Of a stretch of 64,000 nucleotides of DNA, positions 9,780 through 19,434 are shown in pieces. Position 1 is the stretch's first letter. Every line of letters begins with the position of its first letter. Location of the stretch: assembly GCA_964458565.1 (NCBI GenBank), contig CAYWJO010000001.1, forward strand, positions 1 through 64,000, read 5' to 3'. The notes under the pieces were generated by a model. The model did no database searches. It was not told where the DNA came from and saw only the letters and a list, made by a program, of their open reading frames with translations. Made by a program: the position numbers and the translations under genes. This DNA is from an uncultured archaeon. GTDB lineage: Archaea; Asgardarchaeota; Thorarchaeia; Thorarchaeales; Thorarchaeaceae.

Positions 9780-10364
9780 CTAGCTACCAATCTTGGGAAT
9801 GATAAATCCTACATTCTTCGCATATTCCAGATAGGTCTCGCCATAATGGAGAATCAGTTTTCGTTCCTCAAAATATGCTCCTACTAATGTATAAAGAACC
9901 ATCCCAGCGACAAACACTAAAACACGAGGATTAGGGTAGATAAATCCTATCGCAAGGAACATCACAATCGTCGCGAGATATAGAGGATGTCGAATTCTTG
10001 AATAGATACCATCTGTAATGAGTTCGGGCTGGCGATCAGTCCGCATATCAGCAACAGTACTAACTGAGATTACACTTGAGGCTTCAAATGCAATATATAA
10101 TCCGGAAATCAAAAATACGAATCCAAGGATAAGGAGAGGAATAACAATTAGGTGGGGAGCGAAGATGAAATACAACCAATCCCAATAGTTCATGCTCAGG
10201 AAAGCAATACTAACTGCTAAGACCGATGAAACATTAAATATGGTAGCATAGGTTTCCTTACTCCATCTATCGATAATGGCATTCTTAACTCGTAGTGAGG
10301 AGATACCACTATGCTGAACTCCAAAAATAGTGACTCCAATCACGATTATAATATTCTCAATCAT
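9780..10364 (-). CDS. Isoprenylcysteine carboxyl methyltransferase/PEMT family membrane methyltransferase
   Basis: 'LITDGIYSRIRHPLY' and 'EERKL...YG..Y..Y' signatures. Confidence 0.85.
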   Translation of the reverse strand: MIENIIIVIGVTIFGVQHSGISSLRVKNAIIDRWSKETYATIFNVSSVLAVSIAFLSMNYWDWLYFIFAPHLIVIPLLILGFVFLISGLYIAFEASSVISVSTVADMRTDRQPELITDGIYSRIRHPLYLATIVMFLAIGFIYPNPRVLVFVAGMVLYTLVGAYFEERKLILHYGETYLEYAKNVGFIIPKIGS

Positions 10365-10500
10365 TTATTTGACCTCTTTTTTTACAACTTCGTTTTCTTA
10401 TTTCACTGACAGACTAACCATCCTTCAGTTAACATAAGGCTTATATCCATTAATGTTATATTAAATATAGTTAATTAAATATTGTTAAGGTGATATTTCT

Positions 10501-11070
10501 ATGGAGAATATGCCAATGAATCCGTTTGCACCTATTGAGGTGTGGACAGACACTCGAGTTAAAGTCAAAGATAGCGATGACGAAAATAAAATGGTGGATG
10601 CGAAGCATTACCATGTCAGATATGTCGTTGGAGAGAGCCAAGACAAGAGGTTCGTTGATGCTGGAACAAGCAACATAGACAAAATGGAAGAAGTTTCCAT
10701 GTACATCGTGCCTTCAATCCATCGAGTTAAAGGAGAGCCCTTCCACTATGATGTATCAGCAGTAGAGAAATTTGTTGGTACCAATGGAAGTAAGCGAGAG
10801 CTCAAGCGCGTCGATGTTTGTGAAGATCATGAAATGGTAGAGATAACATACCAGAGCCCTGGTGTGGAATGCTGCCCAATGTCGAAGGAAGAGGCAGACA
10901 AACAGACAGTTCCTCTACAGTACCTTTCTGGATACATGCTTGGTAAAAGTGACGATTTGTACAAGATTGCTTCAGTAAAAACTGTCTTGGACACAGGTGA
11001 AACCATCTACGATGGTATTAGAATCATACCAAAAGCTGTCGTTCAACGCGTAGATTGCTTGAGTGATTAG
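10501..11070 (+). CDS. Hypothetical protein
   Basis: 189-aa ORF with GGTGA SD; no recognised motif. Confidence 0.6.
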   Translation: MENMPMNPFAPIEVWTDTRVKVKDSDDENKMVDAKHYHVRYVVGESQDKRFVDAGTSNIDKMEEVSMYIVPSIHRVKGEPFHYDVSAVEKFVGTNGSKRELKRVDVCEDHEMVEITYQSPGVECCPMSKEEADKQTVPLQYLSGYMLGKSDDLYKIASVKTVLDTGETIYDGIRIIPKAVVQRVDCLSD

Positions 11071-11451
11071 AAGCTTAGTATATCGAACTATAAAACACAG
11101 ATGGATGTCCGGTAGTTTCCTTCATCTCTCAGGCTTCCAAAAGGTGGATATCCAGCATAAGTTTCCTTCAAATCTCTCCTACACTACAAGAGCGTTGCCT
11201 CATCCGTGTTGGATATCCATCTACCCTTTTCTACTATCGGATTCGATCATTTCCAATGATACCACCATCTACTTCACGAAAACTATACTCATAACACCTA
11301 CTATCCTTCAAGCCTGTTCTGCATACTCTAATCTTTGCAGAGACGGAATAGTTCCCGCAATGCGGCACGTGAGAAATATGATTTAAATTCCTCAGATAGT
11401 CGAATTGGTGCATATTGATTGTTTTAAGCGCGAGAAAATACTGAGAGTTGG

Positions 11452-12837
11452 TTAAAGTTGTTTTTGTAACCAGGAAGGAACAATGTCTGCGATATCATGT
11501 TGATTCTCCATGACAATTCTGTGGAAGTTTGTTCGAGACTTGAAGACTCCAAATCTCTCATAAAGAAAAAGAGCATGAGTTAAAGCTAACCGGAAGTAAT
11601 TCCCCATTTCGTAGACTAGTTGGTAATTGCTTTCATCGATTCGTCCCCCATGTTCCACTTTGTTTCGTACCTCTAATTGATAGTCATTCATTACTTGTCT
11701 TATGTTATCTCTGTTGTCCCCATATGCAAGAAGTGCTATCAACAGTTCGTAACTTGATCTGTTTGTTTCATCACGCGCAAAAGCATCAATCGCGCTCGAT
11801 AGAGCATTAGCTGCTATATCGGGGCTATCTTCTGCAATCAGTCTATTGTATTGAAGTAGAGCAGTTTGATAGTCTTCATGATAACTAGTGGCAGGTTCAT
11901 TTCGATACCTTGAGAAAAGATGCCATAAATGTTTGATTTCATCAACCTCTTCACGATGGATATATACGGGTTCGAAGAATCTTGGAACCATTCCTGACTG
12001 AAATGGACCTGTATAACCAATCATTCTCGAATATTCCCATCTTGGAAATCCTGCTTTCTTTAGTTCTGGTCTTGGTTCAACACTTGTAATGTTATCCCAT
12101 GTCCCAAGACCAATCCATATATTTCCAATTGTCACATTTGTATCTCTGTACAATCTCAGACACATAGCCACATCTTGAATTATACCTCCTGCTAATCTTT
12201 GAACACTGCAATCACGGATTTGTTCAAAGCCTATCTGGTCCAATTTGGATCCTTTGTATTCAATTATACAAGGTGAAATTAAAGAAGGATAACCATCTAT
12301 TGTTGATTGAGGAAGCTCGATACTATTGTAGAAGTCGCTGTGTTTAATGGATTGTTCTTCAAAGAATGACATATAGCGAAGTCGAACGTCTTCATCTAAC
12401 TCAATGCATCGCGGACTGAGGATAGTCCGTCCTATGATGGCAAAAGCTCTTCTATTAGGTATTCCAACTCTCAGATCATCATTCAACCTTCTGACAGCTC
12501 TCTCAACCTCATCTCCAGTGGGATAGATATCTTCTGGGGGAATTCGATATGCATCTGTTGATGCGATATAGTCAATTAGTGCCAACTCCACCCATCCTTC
12601 CCTCGATGTAACACGATGCAGTGGGTCTAATACACCACTTTCCTGTACCTGATTAGCAAGTTCTACAAATTCGGACAGTTCAATAATTCTCTCTCGATAG
12701 GGATGGGTCCTTACCGCTTTCAGGAAATTCATTCTATGGTACATGCCAAATTTCTTGAATTCATTCTCTATTAGAGGAACAATAATCGCTCCCACTCTTT
12801 CAATTAATTCTGAGAATTGTTTCGAATAGTCAATCAA
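11452..12837 (-). CDS. HEPN-domain protein (ApeA-like architecture), putative RNase
   Basis: C-terminal Rx4H motif 'EVRNKVEHG' in a helical domain. Confidence 0.55.
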   Translation of the reverse strand: MIDYSKQFSELIERVGAIIVPLIENEFKKFGMYHRMNFLKAVRTHPYRERIIELSEFVELANQVQESGVLDPLHRVTSREGWVELALIDYIASTDAYRIPPEDIYPTGDEVERAVRRLNDDLRVGIPNRRAFAIIGRTILSPRCIELDEDVRLRYMSFFEEQSIKHSDFYNSIELPQSTIDGYPSLISPCIIEYKGSKLDQIGFEQIRDCSVQRLAGGIIQDVAMCLRLYRDTNVTIGNIWIGLGTWDNITSVEPRPELKKAGFPRWEYSRMIGYTGPFQSGMVPRFFEPVYIHREEVDEIKHLWHLFSRYRNEPATSYHEDYQTALLQYNRLIAEDSPDIAANALSSAIDAFARDETNRSSYELLIALLAYGDNRDNIRQVMNDYQLEVRNKVEHGGRIDESNYQLVYEMGNYFRLALTHALFLYERFGVFKSRTNFHRIVMENQHDIADIVPSWLQKQL

Positions 12838-13348
12838 TTGTAATCGTGTCTTTCATGATTTCGGATATTAAAGAATCATACCTTCTTATTCATTTCTGAA
12901 CGTAATAGAGTTGAGGAAAATAGTAACAAACGTCTGTATTCCCATTGCATGGCATTTGAATAGGATAATGAACTTGTGTTCATATACTATCAGCTTAGCA
13001 TTTTGTTCGGGTTTAATGTAAACAATTTTCATAGAAAGTTTGTGTCAATTGAAGTAGTAGTGGATTTGAGGAGTTTATTTGATGATAAGAGAATTAGAAA
13101 CTAGGTAGGGGGCGTCTTTTTTAATACCTCATTACACACAATCTCCAGCCACATTATCTAACTTCTACCTTTTTTATGTTGAAATCAAACTTATGGTTGT
13201 TCGGTGAATAATGAAACAAGAAATAATGTAAATGATGATGTTCACTCAGACATGGCGTCTTACAAATATATTCCAGCAACTCTAGGTACTGTGCGAGTCA
13301 CACTTTTAGTCTGCACGCCTCGGACATTAGTAGCGGTGAGCTGAATAC

Positions 13349-15286
13349 CTACACCTTTGATTCATCAGATAGACCTCGTACAGCCTCTCTCTCTTCATCC
13401 TCAAGTTCCTCCTGTTTCATCCTCGCTCTTCTTGCTCGATGCCAAAGTACGAGTGCTACAGTAATAAGAATGGAGACCACTATGGCTACAGAACCCACTA
13501 TGATGAGCTGTTGTGTCTGAATTGTCTGAAGCGGCTCCAGTGGGTCCAGCGGGTTGAATCCGTTCTCTAGCTCCCATCCATCATCGAAGGTGTCATTGTC
13601 ACTATCAGCTAGCAATGGCGATGTTCCATACACAAACAACTCCTCTGCATCATTGAGCGAGTCCTGATCAGTGTCTGCTGAGAATCGGTCAGTCCCATAG
13701 AGGGACTCCTGGTACTCACTTAGTGTGTCATTATCGCTATCACTGAAGTCAGCCAGTCTGTAGAGGAAACAGTCCTCACTTCCATTCAGTGTGGAGTCAA
13801 ATGGATCAACAAGGGGAAAGTCGGACGATATCGTGAATCCCCCCACATATGCTGTTCCATACTCATCGATAGCGAGCCCACGGGTGAAGTCGTTTCGCGA
13901 TCCTCCAACAAAGGTGGAGTACATCAGTTTATCACCCTGTGGAGAGAACCGAGAGACGAAGGATTCTACCCCTCCATTCGATGTGTTGTCATATGCCAAT
14001 AATGTTGGAAAATCTGATGACCTGGTCTCTCCTGCGACGTAGACATAACCACCCGCATCTACCCGGATAGACTGACCTATGTCTTCACTTGAACCACCTA
14101 GATACGTGCTGTACAGAAGTCCGTTTCCCGTGCTGTTGAGTCCTAGAACAAAACACTGGTCATCTTCTTCTTGAAGTCCGTCGTATTCGGAGTCATAGGC
14201 GTTCTGCAAGGGAAAATCAGTCGATTGAGTATATCCTGTAGCATATACATTTCCTTCCCCATCAATATCAATGTCTTGTACTTCATCTTTACCAGAACCT
14301 CCCAGATAGGTACTGAATACCACGTCATCACCTGATGGAGTCAATTTTGCAACAAACCCATCCCGATAGCCGCCAACTGTGTCATCGAACGCATTCACCA
14401 AGGGAATATCAAAAGAAGTAGAACCTCCTATGTAGATGTAACCATGTTCGTCAACTATGATGCTGTTACCCCGTTCGCTACCATACCCACCAAAATAGGT
14501 CGAATAGAGAATCTCATCACCATCTGGACTCAATTTGGTGATAAAGCAGTCATCCAGTCTATTTCTCCCATAGGTACTATCAAAGGCATGTACTGTGGGG
14601 AAGTCACGTGAGAATGTGTACCCTGTGATGTATGCACATCCAGAGGAATCCACATCGATGGCGTTGGCACGCTCCTCATTGTTACCCCTGATGACCATTG
14701 AATAGAGAAGTTCATCTCCGGTTGGGCTCAACTTAAAGACAAAACAGTCAATCCCACCACTCCAATTACCATACCAAGTCGTTGCAGGAAAATCACTGGA
14801 GTAGGTAGAGCCCGCCACATAGATATTACCCTCATCATCTACAACTAAATCATTGGGATAATCATTTGTTATTCCTCCAATGAATGCAGTAAATACCAAT
14901 CCAGTCTTGTTAAACATGGATACAAAACAGTCTGATTGTGATGGTGTATAACTTCCATTTGGTAAGTCATATTCAGCAGTTTGTTTCGGGAAATCATCAG
15001 AGAAGGTTGAACCAGTGATGTAAACAACATCATTGTCAGAAATGCACACTGAACTGATTTCCTCATATCCATGCCCACCGATGAAGGACGAGAAGAGAAG
15101 ACTTTCAGAATTACTGATATTTTGATTCAGGAATTCATAATGTTCCATGTTATCAATCAATTGATTAGAATCAAGAAATTCAGAATGAGCGCCAGTGTTG
15201 TCTGAAATTGTGAGGACTAACCCAAGTAGAAAAATCATGGTCAAAATAGCACATTTGGTCTTCAAAACTTTTTCATCCCCATTCAT
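13349..15286 (-). CDS. SBBP (beta-propeller) repeat surface protein with Ca-binding DxDxDG-like repeats and C-terminal TM
   Basis: Repeated 'YST(Y/F)xGG..D....I.VD..G..Y..G.T.S.DFP'; 'DSDNDTL', 'DTDQDSL', 'DSDNDTF'. Confidence 0.85.
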   Translation of the reverse strand: MNGDEKVLKTKCAILTMIFLLGLVLTISDNTGAHSEFLDSNQLIDNMEHYEFLNQNISNSESLLFSSFIGGHGYEEISSVCISDNDVVYITGSTFSDDFPKQTAEYDLPNGSYTPSQSDCFVSMFNKTGLVFTAFIGGITNDYPNDLVVDDEGNIYVAGSTYSSDFPATTWYGNWSGGIDCFVFKLSPTGDELLYSMVIRGNNEERANAIDVDSSGCAYITGYTFSRDFPTVHAFDSTYGRNRLDDCFITKLSPDGDEILYSTYFGGYGSERGNSIIVDEHGYIYIGGSTSFDIPLVNAFDDTVGGYRDGFVAKLTPSGDDVVFSTYLGGSGKDEVQDIDIDGEGNVYATGYTQSTDFPLQNAYDSEYDGLQEEDDQCFVLGLNSTGNGLLYSTYLGGSSEDIGQSIRVDAGGYVYVAGETRSSDFPTLLAYDNTSNGGVESFVSRFSPQGDKLMYSTFVGGSRNDFTRGLAIDEYGTAYVGGFTISSDFPLVDPFDSTLNGSEDCFLYRLADFSDSDNDTLSEYQESLYGTDRFSADTDQDSLNDAEELFVYGTSPLLADSDNDTFDDGWELENGFNPLDPLEPLQTIQTQQLIIVGSVAIVVSILITVALVLWHRARRARMKQEELEDEEREAVRGLSDESKV

Positions 15287-15366
15287 ACAAGAAAGACAGT
15301 ATCATCTGGAATATCTCAAAATAAAAAAGAGATAAAGGATTGGATGATGCAATCCTTGTTTTTAGT

Positions 15367-16416
15367 TCAGGGTGTATATCCATATTCATAGAGCAGGTCC
15401 ATCCATTTTATCCATGTGTACACTTGTTGATGGTAGTCATCCGAGGTGTCATCCTCGAGACCAAACAGCAACCAGACAGTTGTGTCCGTATCAGTGAACG
15501 AGGAACTCAGCTCAGTGTGTTTTTCGATATCACCATTGTTTGTGAAATCATAGGACCAAGTTCCCATGGTTGATGGATTTATGCAATCATCATCAAGAAG
15601 ACGTACATATGCATGACGATATTGAATGTCATCTGCTACCGCTGAAATCTTGAATCTGAAGTTCGTTTTTAGTGTTGTTGAACTGGGATCAAACCCTGTA
15701 GGCCAGAATGTTGAATTGAAATAGAGCTTATACCCTACATAATAGTAGGACTCATTGACGTCGTTGTTGTCAGCAGTTATATTGACCATACTACGTTGAT
15801 TTGCCACGTTGAAATAATCATACCATCCGGTATACTCCCAAAAGTATTCGTTTGGTCCGCCTGAGTTATCCATGTATTGTACAGGAGAAGTTGGTGATGT
15901 GAACATAAAGAAAGTATGGCAACCCCACTGTCCATATTTCAGACTGGAAATGGTCATGGGACGTGCGGCCCCAGCAAATTGAAGTAGATTGTATGGGAGT
16001 GAGAGAGTTCCTTCCGTCAAATAACTCATTCTGAGAGTACCATTACCAGTATGGTCACCATGTGTGCCTTGTGAATCCATAATGCATGGAAATGGAGAGT
16101 TCAAGTGAACTCCACTAAAGAGATGTGTAAGTTCATGAATAGTCTTTCCGACAGTTTGGTTGAAATAATAAGATATTTCTGGATTCACCATTACGATGGC
16201 CATAGCTGCATCAACAGCCCATCCTGCACCTACACCCCTTGATTCGTTTACACCACCAACAATTCTGGGAATACCCATGAATCCAAATCCAATGTCAAAT
16301 CCATGATTCTCTCTCATTGTAAAGGTTTCTTACGATGGATGTGTAGCAGTATAACCGTCAACATGAATATTCTCAAATGAATTACAATAAGATTGAGCAT
16401 CAGTGTAACCACTCAT
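15367..16416 (-). pseudogene. Metzincin-like zinc metalloprotease, N-terminally disrupted
   Basis: 'HELTHLFSGVH' plus Met-turn 'CIM'; the frame continues upstream through an in-frame TAA (16330-16332) to ATG 16416; no signal peptide. Confidence 0.55.
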
Positions 16417-16561
16417 TTTGATGGATAATGCTCAGTTTGGATTTCATTTATACCTACAAGAATTAGATTTACTTAATCTTACAATTTGGCATGTGTTTTC
16501 AAACTGAAACAAAAACCGACCCCCTTATTCTGAATTGTACAAATACTCGTATATGCTTAGA

Positions 16562-16683
16562 CTTATATACTCATAAAACTCGAACTTGAAGAGCATTCTC
16601 TTTGGGATTGCAATTTTATCAAATAATTGACGAATCATATCGAAGGCTAAATCCCGAAGAGTAGACAATTAGGTGAATCAATA
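16562..16683 (+). promoter_or_regulatory. TATA box and structured 5' leader of tfb
   Basis: CTTATATA at 16562; 12-bp stem 16598-16609/16650-16661; AGGTGA SD. Confidence 0.5.
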
Positions 16684-17628
16684 ATGGCGAGACCAGTCCG
16701 AGCGATGAGCGATAGACCACATGGAGCAATGGCTTGCTCTATTTGTGGCGGCAATGAATTCTACGAGGACTTGTCACGAGGTGAAAATATCTGTACATCT
16801 TGTGGCTGTGTTATGTCCGAACGTATTTTAGATAATGGTCCAGAATGGAGAGCGTTTACAGCAGAGGAAAGGAACTCTCGAGCTAGGACCGGATCTCCAC
16901 TGACTCTAACAATGGCAGACAAAGGTCTGGCCACAACCATCAGTTGGAGTGATCGCGACGCGAATGGACGAAGTATCTCAGCCAACAGCCGTGCAGCAAT
17001 CTATAGAATGCGAAAATGGCAGATCAGAACGCTCGTTCACAGTTCTCAACATAGGAATCTCAGTATTGCAATGAGCGAGATGGACAGACTTACCTCCCAG
17101 CTGGGTATTCCACGAGAGACCAAAGAAACCTCCGCTCTCATCTACAGGAAGGCACTATCAAAGAGATTGGTTCGAGGTAGAAGCATTGAGGGTATGGTTG
17201 CAGCTTCAATTTATCTCTCATGTCGAATCCATAAAATTCCAAGACAGCTTGACGAGATTGTGACAGAGGCTCGTGTGAACAGAAAGGAGCTTGGTCAGTG
17301 TGTACGACTTATTCTCCGCAACGTTCCAGTCAAAGTTCCAATTCCATCAGCAAACGATCTTATGCCAAGAATTTCTGCAGACCTAGCATTAGATGGAAAG
17401 ACCGTGCAGACTGCAATGAATATCATCAATGAAGCCCGTGAAAGAGGCATTACTGCTGGGAAGGACCCAGGTGGTCTTGCAGCAGCCGCACTCTACATTG
17501 CAGGTATTATTGAAAATGATAGACGCACACAACGTGAGATTGCTGAAGCATCAAACGTTACAGAGGTCACAGTACGAAATAGGTACAAAGACTTAGCAAC
17601 AAGTCTTCAAATTACAATTAAACCATAG
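16684..17628 (+). CDS. tfb: Transcription initiation factor IIB
   Basis: Zn ribbon CxxC..CxxC, B-reader 'GPEWRAF', two cyclin repeats, 'VTEVTVRNRYK'. Confidence 0.97.
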   Translation: MARPVRAMSDRPHGAMACSICGGNEFYEDLSRGENICTSCGCVMSERILDNGPEWRAFTAEERNSRARTGSPLTLTMADKGLATTISWSDRDANGRSISANSRAAIYRMRKWQIRTLVHSSQHRNLSIAMSEMDRLTSQLGIPRETKETSALIYRKALSKRLVRGRSIEGMVAASIYLSCRIHKIPRQLDEIVTEARVNRKELGQCVRLILRNVPVKVPIPSANDLMPRISADLALDGKTVQTAMNIINEARERGITAGKDPGGLAAAALYIAGIIENDRRTQREIAEASNVTEVTVRNRYKDLATSLQITIKP

Positions 17629-17641
17629 TCTATTGGTAATC

Positions 17642-17677
17642 GGGAGCAAGAATTGCTCCCCTGTTACTTTCTTTTTT
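17642..17677 (+). terminator. Hairpin plus T-tract terminator
   Basis: GGGAGCAA/TTGCTCCC stem followed by TTTCTTTTTT. Confidence 0.7.
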
Positions 17678-17863
17678 CCTAAGATAAATCCATCATCACC
17701 TGAGTCTATGATTCATTAGTGATCATGTATGAAACTAAGGAGGGGTATCCTGTAATACCTATCTTGTTGATTCCGGAAGCTAATAGTGGATATCGTATAG
17801 TGAATTCTTGGTTTCTAACATAGAATTATTCAACTACTTTGGATACGTTAAATTCGACTAGAT

Positions 17864-18625
17864 ATGAACCAATTCCTGCTAGTACTCTGTGGACTTCCTG
17901 CATCCGGAAAGACCACTTTGGCAATGGAGATTAAAAAACAAGCGGCTCCAGAAATTGAGATACAGATAGTCAGTACTGACAAGTGGCGTGATGATGCATA
18001 CTACGCTGAGTTTCGTCCAGAGAATGAACAGACAGTTCGAGAGAGGGCATTACGCAGTACAGACATGCTTCTAAACACTGGAAAGAATGTCGTTCATGAT
18101 GATACGAACTACTATGCAAGTATGAGACACGAACTCTATGATATTGCTAGAATGACGGAGTGCGTCTTTGCGGTGGTTCATGTGAATACACCCCTAAAGA
18201 CAGCTCTTGATTGGAGTCTGACCCGGAAGCCTGTGATTCCTGAACACGTGATAACTAGTATTAATGAGAGATTTGACATTCCAGGTTCCAAGTATAAATG
18301 GGATCAGCCAATTCATTCAGTGGACCCGTCAACTGAGGAGCTATGGATAGCTGCAGGACAGATACTTGACTGTATCCAAACACTCAAACCGCTCAGCTTG
18401 GAGAAACCCTACACTGGAGAAACGATAGAGGACCTTAGGGACAGGGTGACAAGACGAGTAGTATCAAAGTTCTTGTGGGAGAACCCGTTTCACAGAAAAG
18501 ACCCCGAAGTTCATCAATTGAGAAAGAGTATGCTACGAGAGGCAAAGAAAGAGGATCTCACAGCAAAAGAAACTAGAGAACGCTTATCCAGACAACTAGC
18601 AAGGTTGACACGAAGAGTATCTTAG
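17864..18625 (+). CDS. pstK: O-phosphoseryl-tRNA(Sec) kinase
   Basis: P-loop 'CGLPASGKTT', 'DDTNYYASMR', 'KYKWDQP'; adjacent to tRNA-Sec. Confidence 0.9.
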   Translation: MNQFLLVLCGLPASGKTTLAMEIKKQAAPEIEIQIVSTDKWRDDAYYAEFRPENEQTVRERALRSTDMLLNTGKNVVHDDTNYYASMRHELYDIARMTECVFAVVHVNTPLKTALDWSLTRKPVIPEHVITSINERFDIPGSKYKWDQPIHSVDPSTEELWIAAGQILDCIQTLKPLSLEKPYTGETIEDLRDRVTRRVVSKFLWENPFHRKDPEVHQLRKSMLREAKKEDLTAKETRERLSRQLARLTRRVS

Positions 18626-18647
18626 ATAAATAGATCAACAAGAAAAG

Positions 18648-18738
18648 TGGCGGCTTCCTCAGAGAATCGAACTCTCATCGCTTGCACGATCATGGGTTTG
18701 AAGCCCACGGAACCGGACCACCAGCCCTGGAGGAAGCC
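18648..18738 (-). tRNA. selC: tRNA-Sec (anticodon UCA), 9/4 fold, CCA encoded
   Basis: Reverse complement folds as: 9-bp acceptor GGCTTCCTC/GAGGAAGCC, 7-bp D stem with TGGT loop, 6-bp anticodon stem with CTTCAAA loop, variable arm ATCG/CGAT, 4-bp T stem with TTCGATT, G73-CCA. Confidence 0.97.
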
Positions 18739-18742
18739 CTAA

Positions 18743-19405
18743 TTATAGATTAATTGCCAGGTATTGCTCAATAAATAATTGGGTATCTCTCTTCCACTCG
18801 ATGGATTTCTTTGCTAAATCAGTGGCTATGTCGTTAGGCATCTTCTCGTCTCGTGGTAGATTCTCAATCTTTGATAACCAGCCACTTGTAGATAGTGTAA
18901 TCGGATGCAAATCATCTCCCTCAGTAGCTTTAATCATCATCTCACGACCATGGGCTAATTGGTAATAGATAGAACTTACAACTTCTTTGTTGAGAATGTC
19001 ATGAACTATATGATCCCAACAAGTCTTAGCTACAAGGGCTCTACGCAAGCGACTTTGGTCTTCAGGTTCCAATTCATTATACTTATTGAGACAGGCTTGA
19101 ATAAATTGTGATGTTCCATTCAGATAATTCTTAAGAATAGCCTCATCGTCACCGAAGGCTTTGAGTTCGATGACCTTCTTTGAACCCATAACAGAGACTC
19201 GTATTGCAATGGAAGTATCTTCCACCTTACCCGAAAACTGTGCAACTCCTTCAAAATCTGTACTCTCAGCCTCACCATATCCGGAGAGAAGCATTCCCGA
19301 TTGGGAACCAACTACGTACCAAGCAATTCTGAATACGACATCGGCTTCTGGAACCGAATAAGACAGTGACACTGATTGCGTGTGTTTACTTTCAGGGTCG
19401 TCCAA
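18743..19405 (-). CDS. Hypothetical protein inside the Sec operon
   Basis: 220-aa ORF, GGAGG SD, lies between sepsecS and tRNA-Sec. Confidence 0.75.
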   Translation of the reverse strand: MDDPESKHTQSVSLSYSVPEADVVFRIAWYVVGSQSGMLLSGYGEAESTDFEGVAQFSGKVEDTSIAIRVSVMGSKKVIELKAFGDDEAILKNYLNGTSQFIQACLNKYNELEPEDQSRLRRALVAKTCWDHIVHDILNKEVVSSIYYQLAHGREMMIKATEGDDLHPITLSTSGWLSKIENLPRDEKMPNDIATDLAKKSIEWKRDTQLFIEQYLAINL

Positions 19406-19434
19406 ATGTTCATCCTCCCTTCAGGCGGCAATTG

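Noticed and set aside
11063-11386. 107-aa + strand ORF, or a '(C)PHCG' fragment on the - strand
   Set aside because: No SD or recognisable family; the - strand frames contain several stops, so at most an unidentifiable remnant
13231-13345. C/D box sRNA (ATGATGA…CTGA)
   Set aside because: Boxes are about 110 nt apart with no clear C'/D' pair, and the G-U pairing favours the opposite strand
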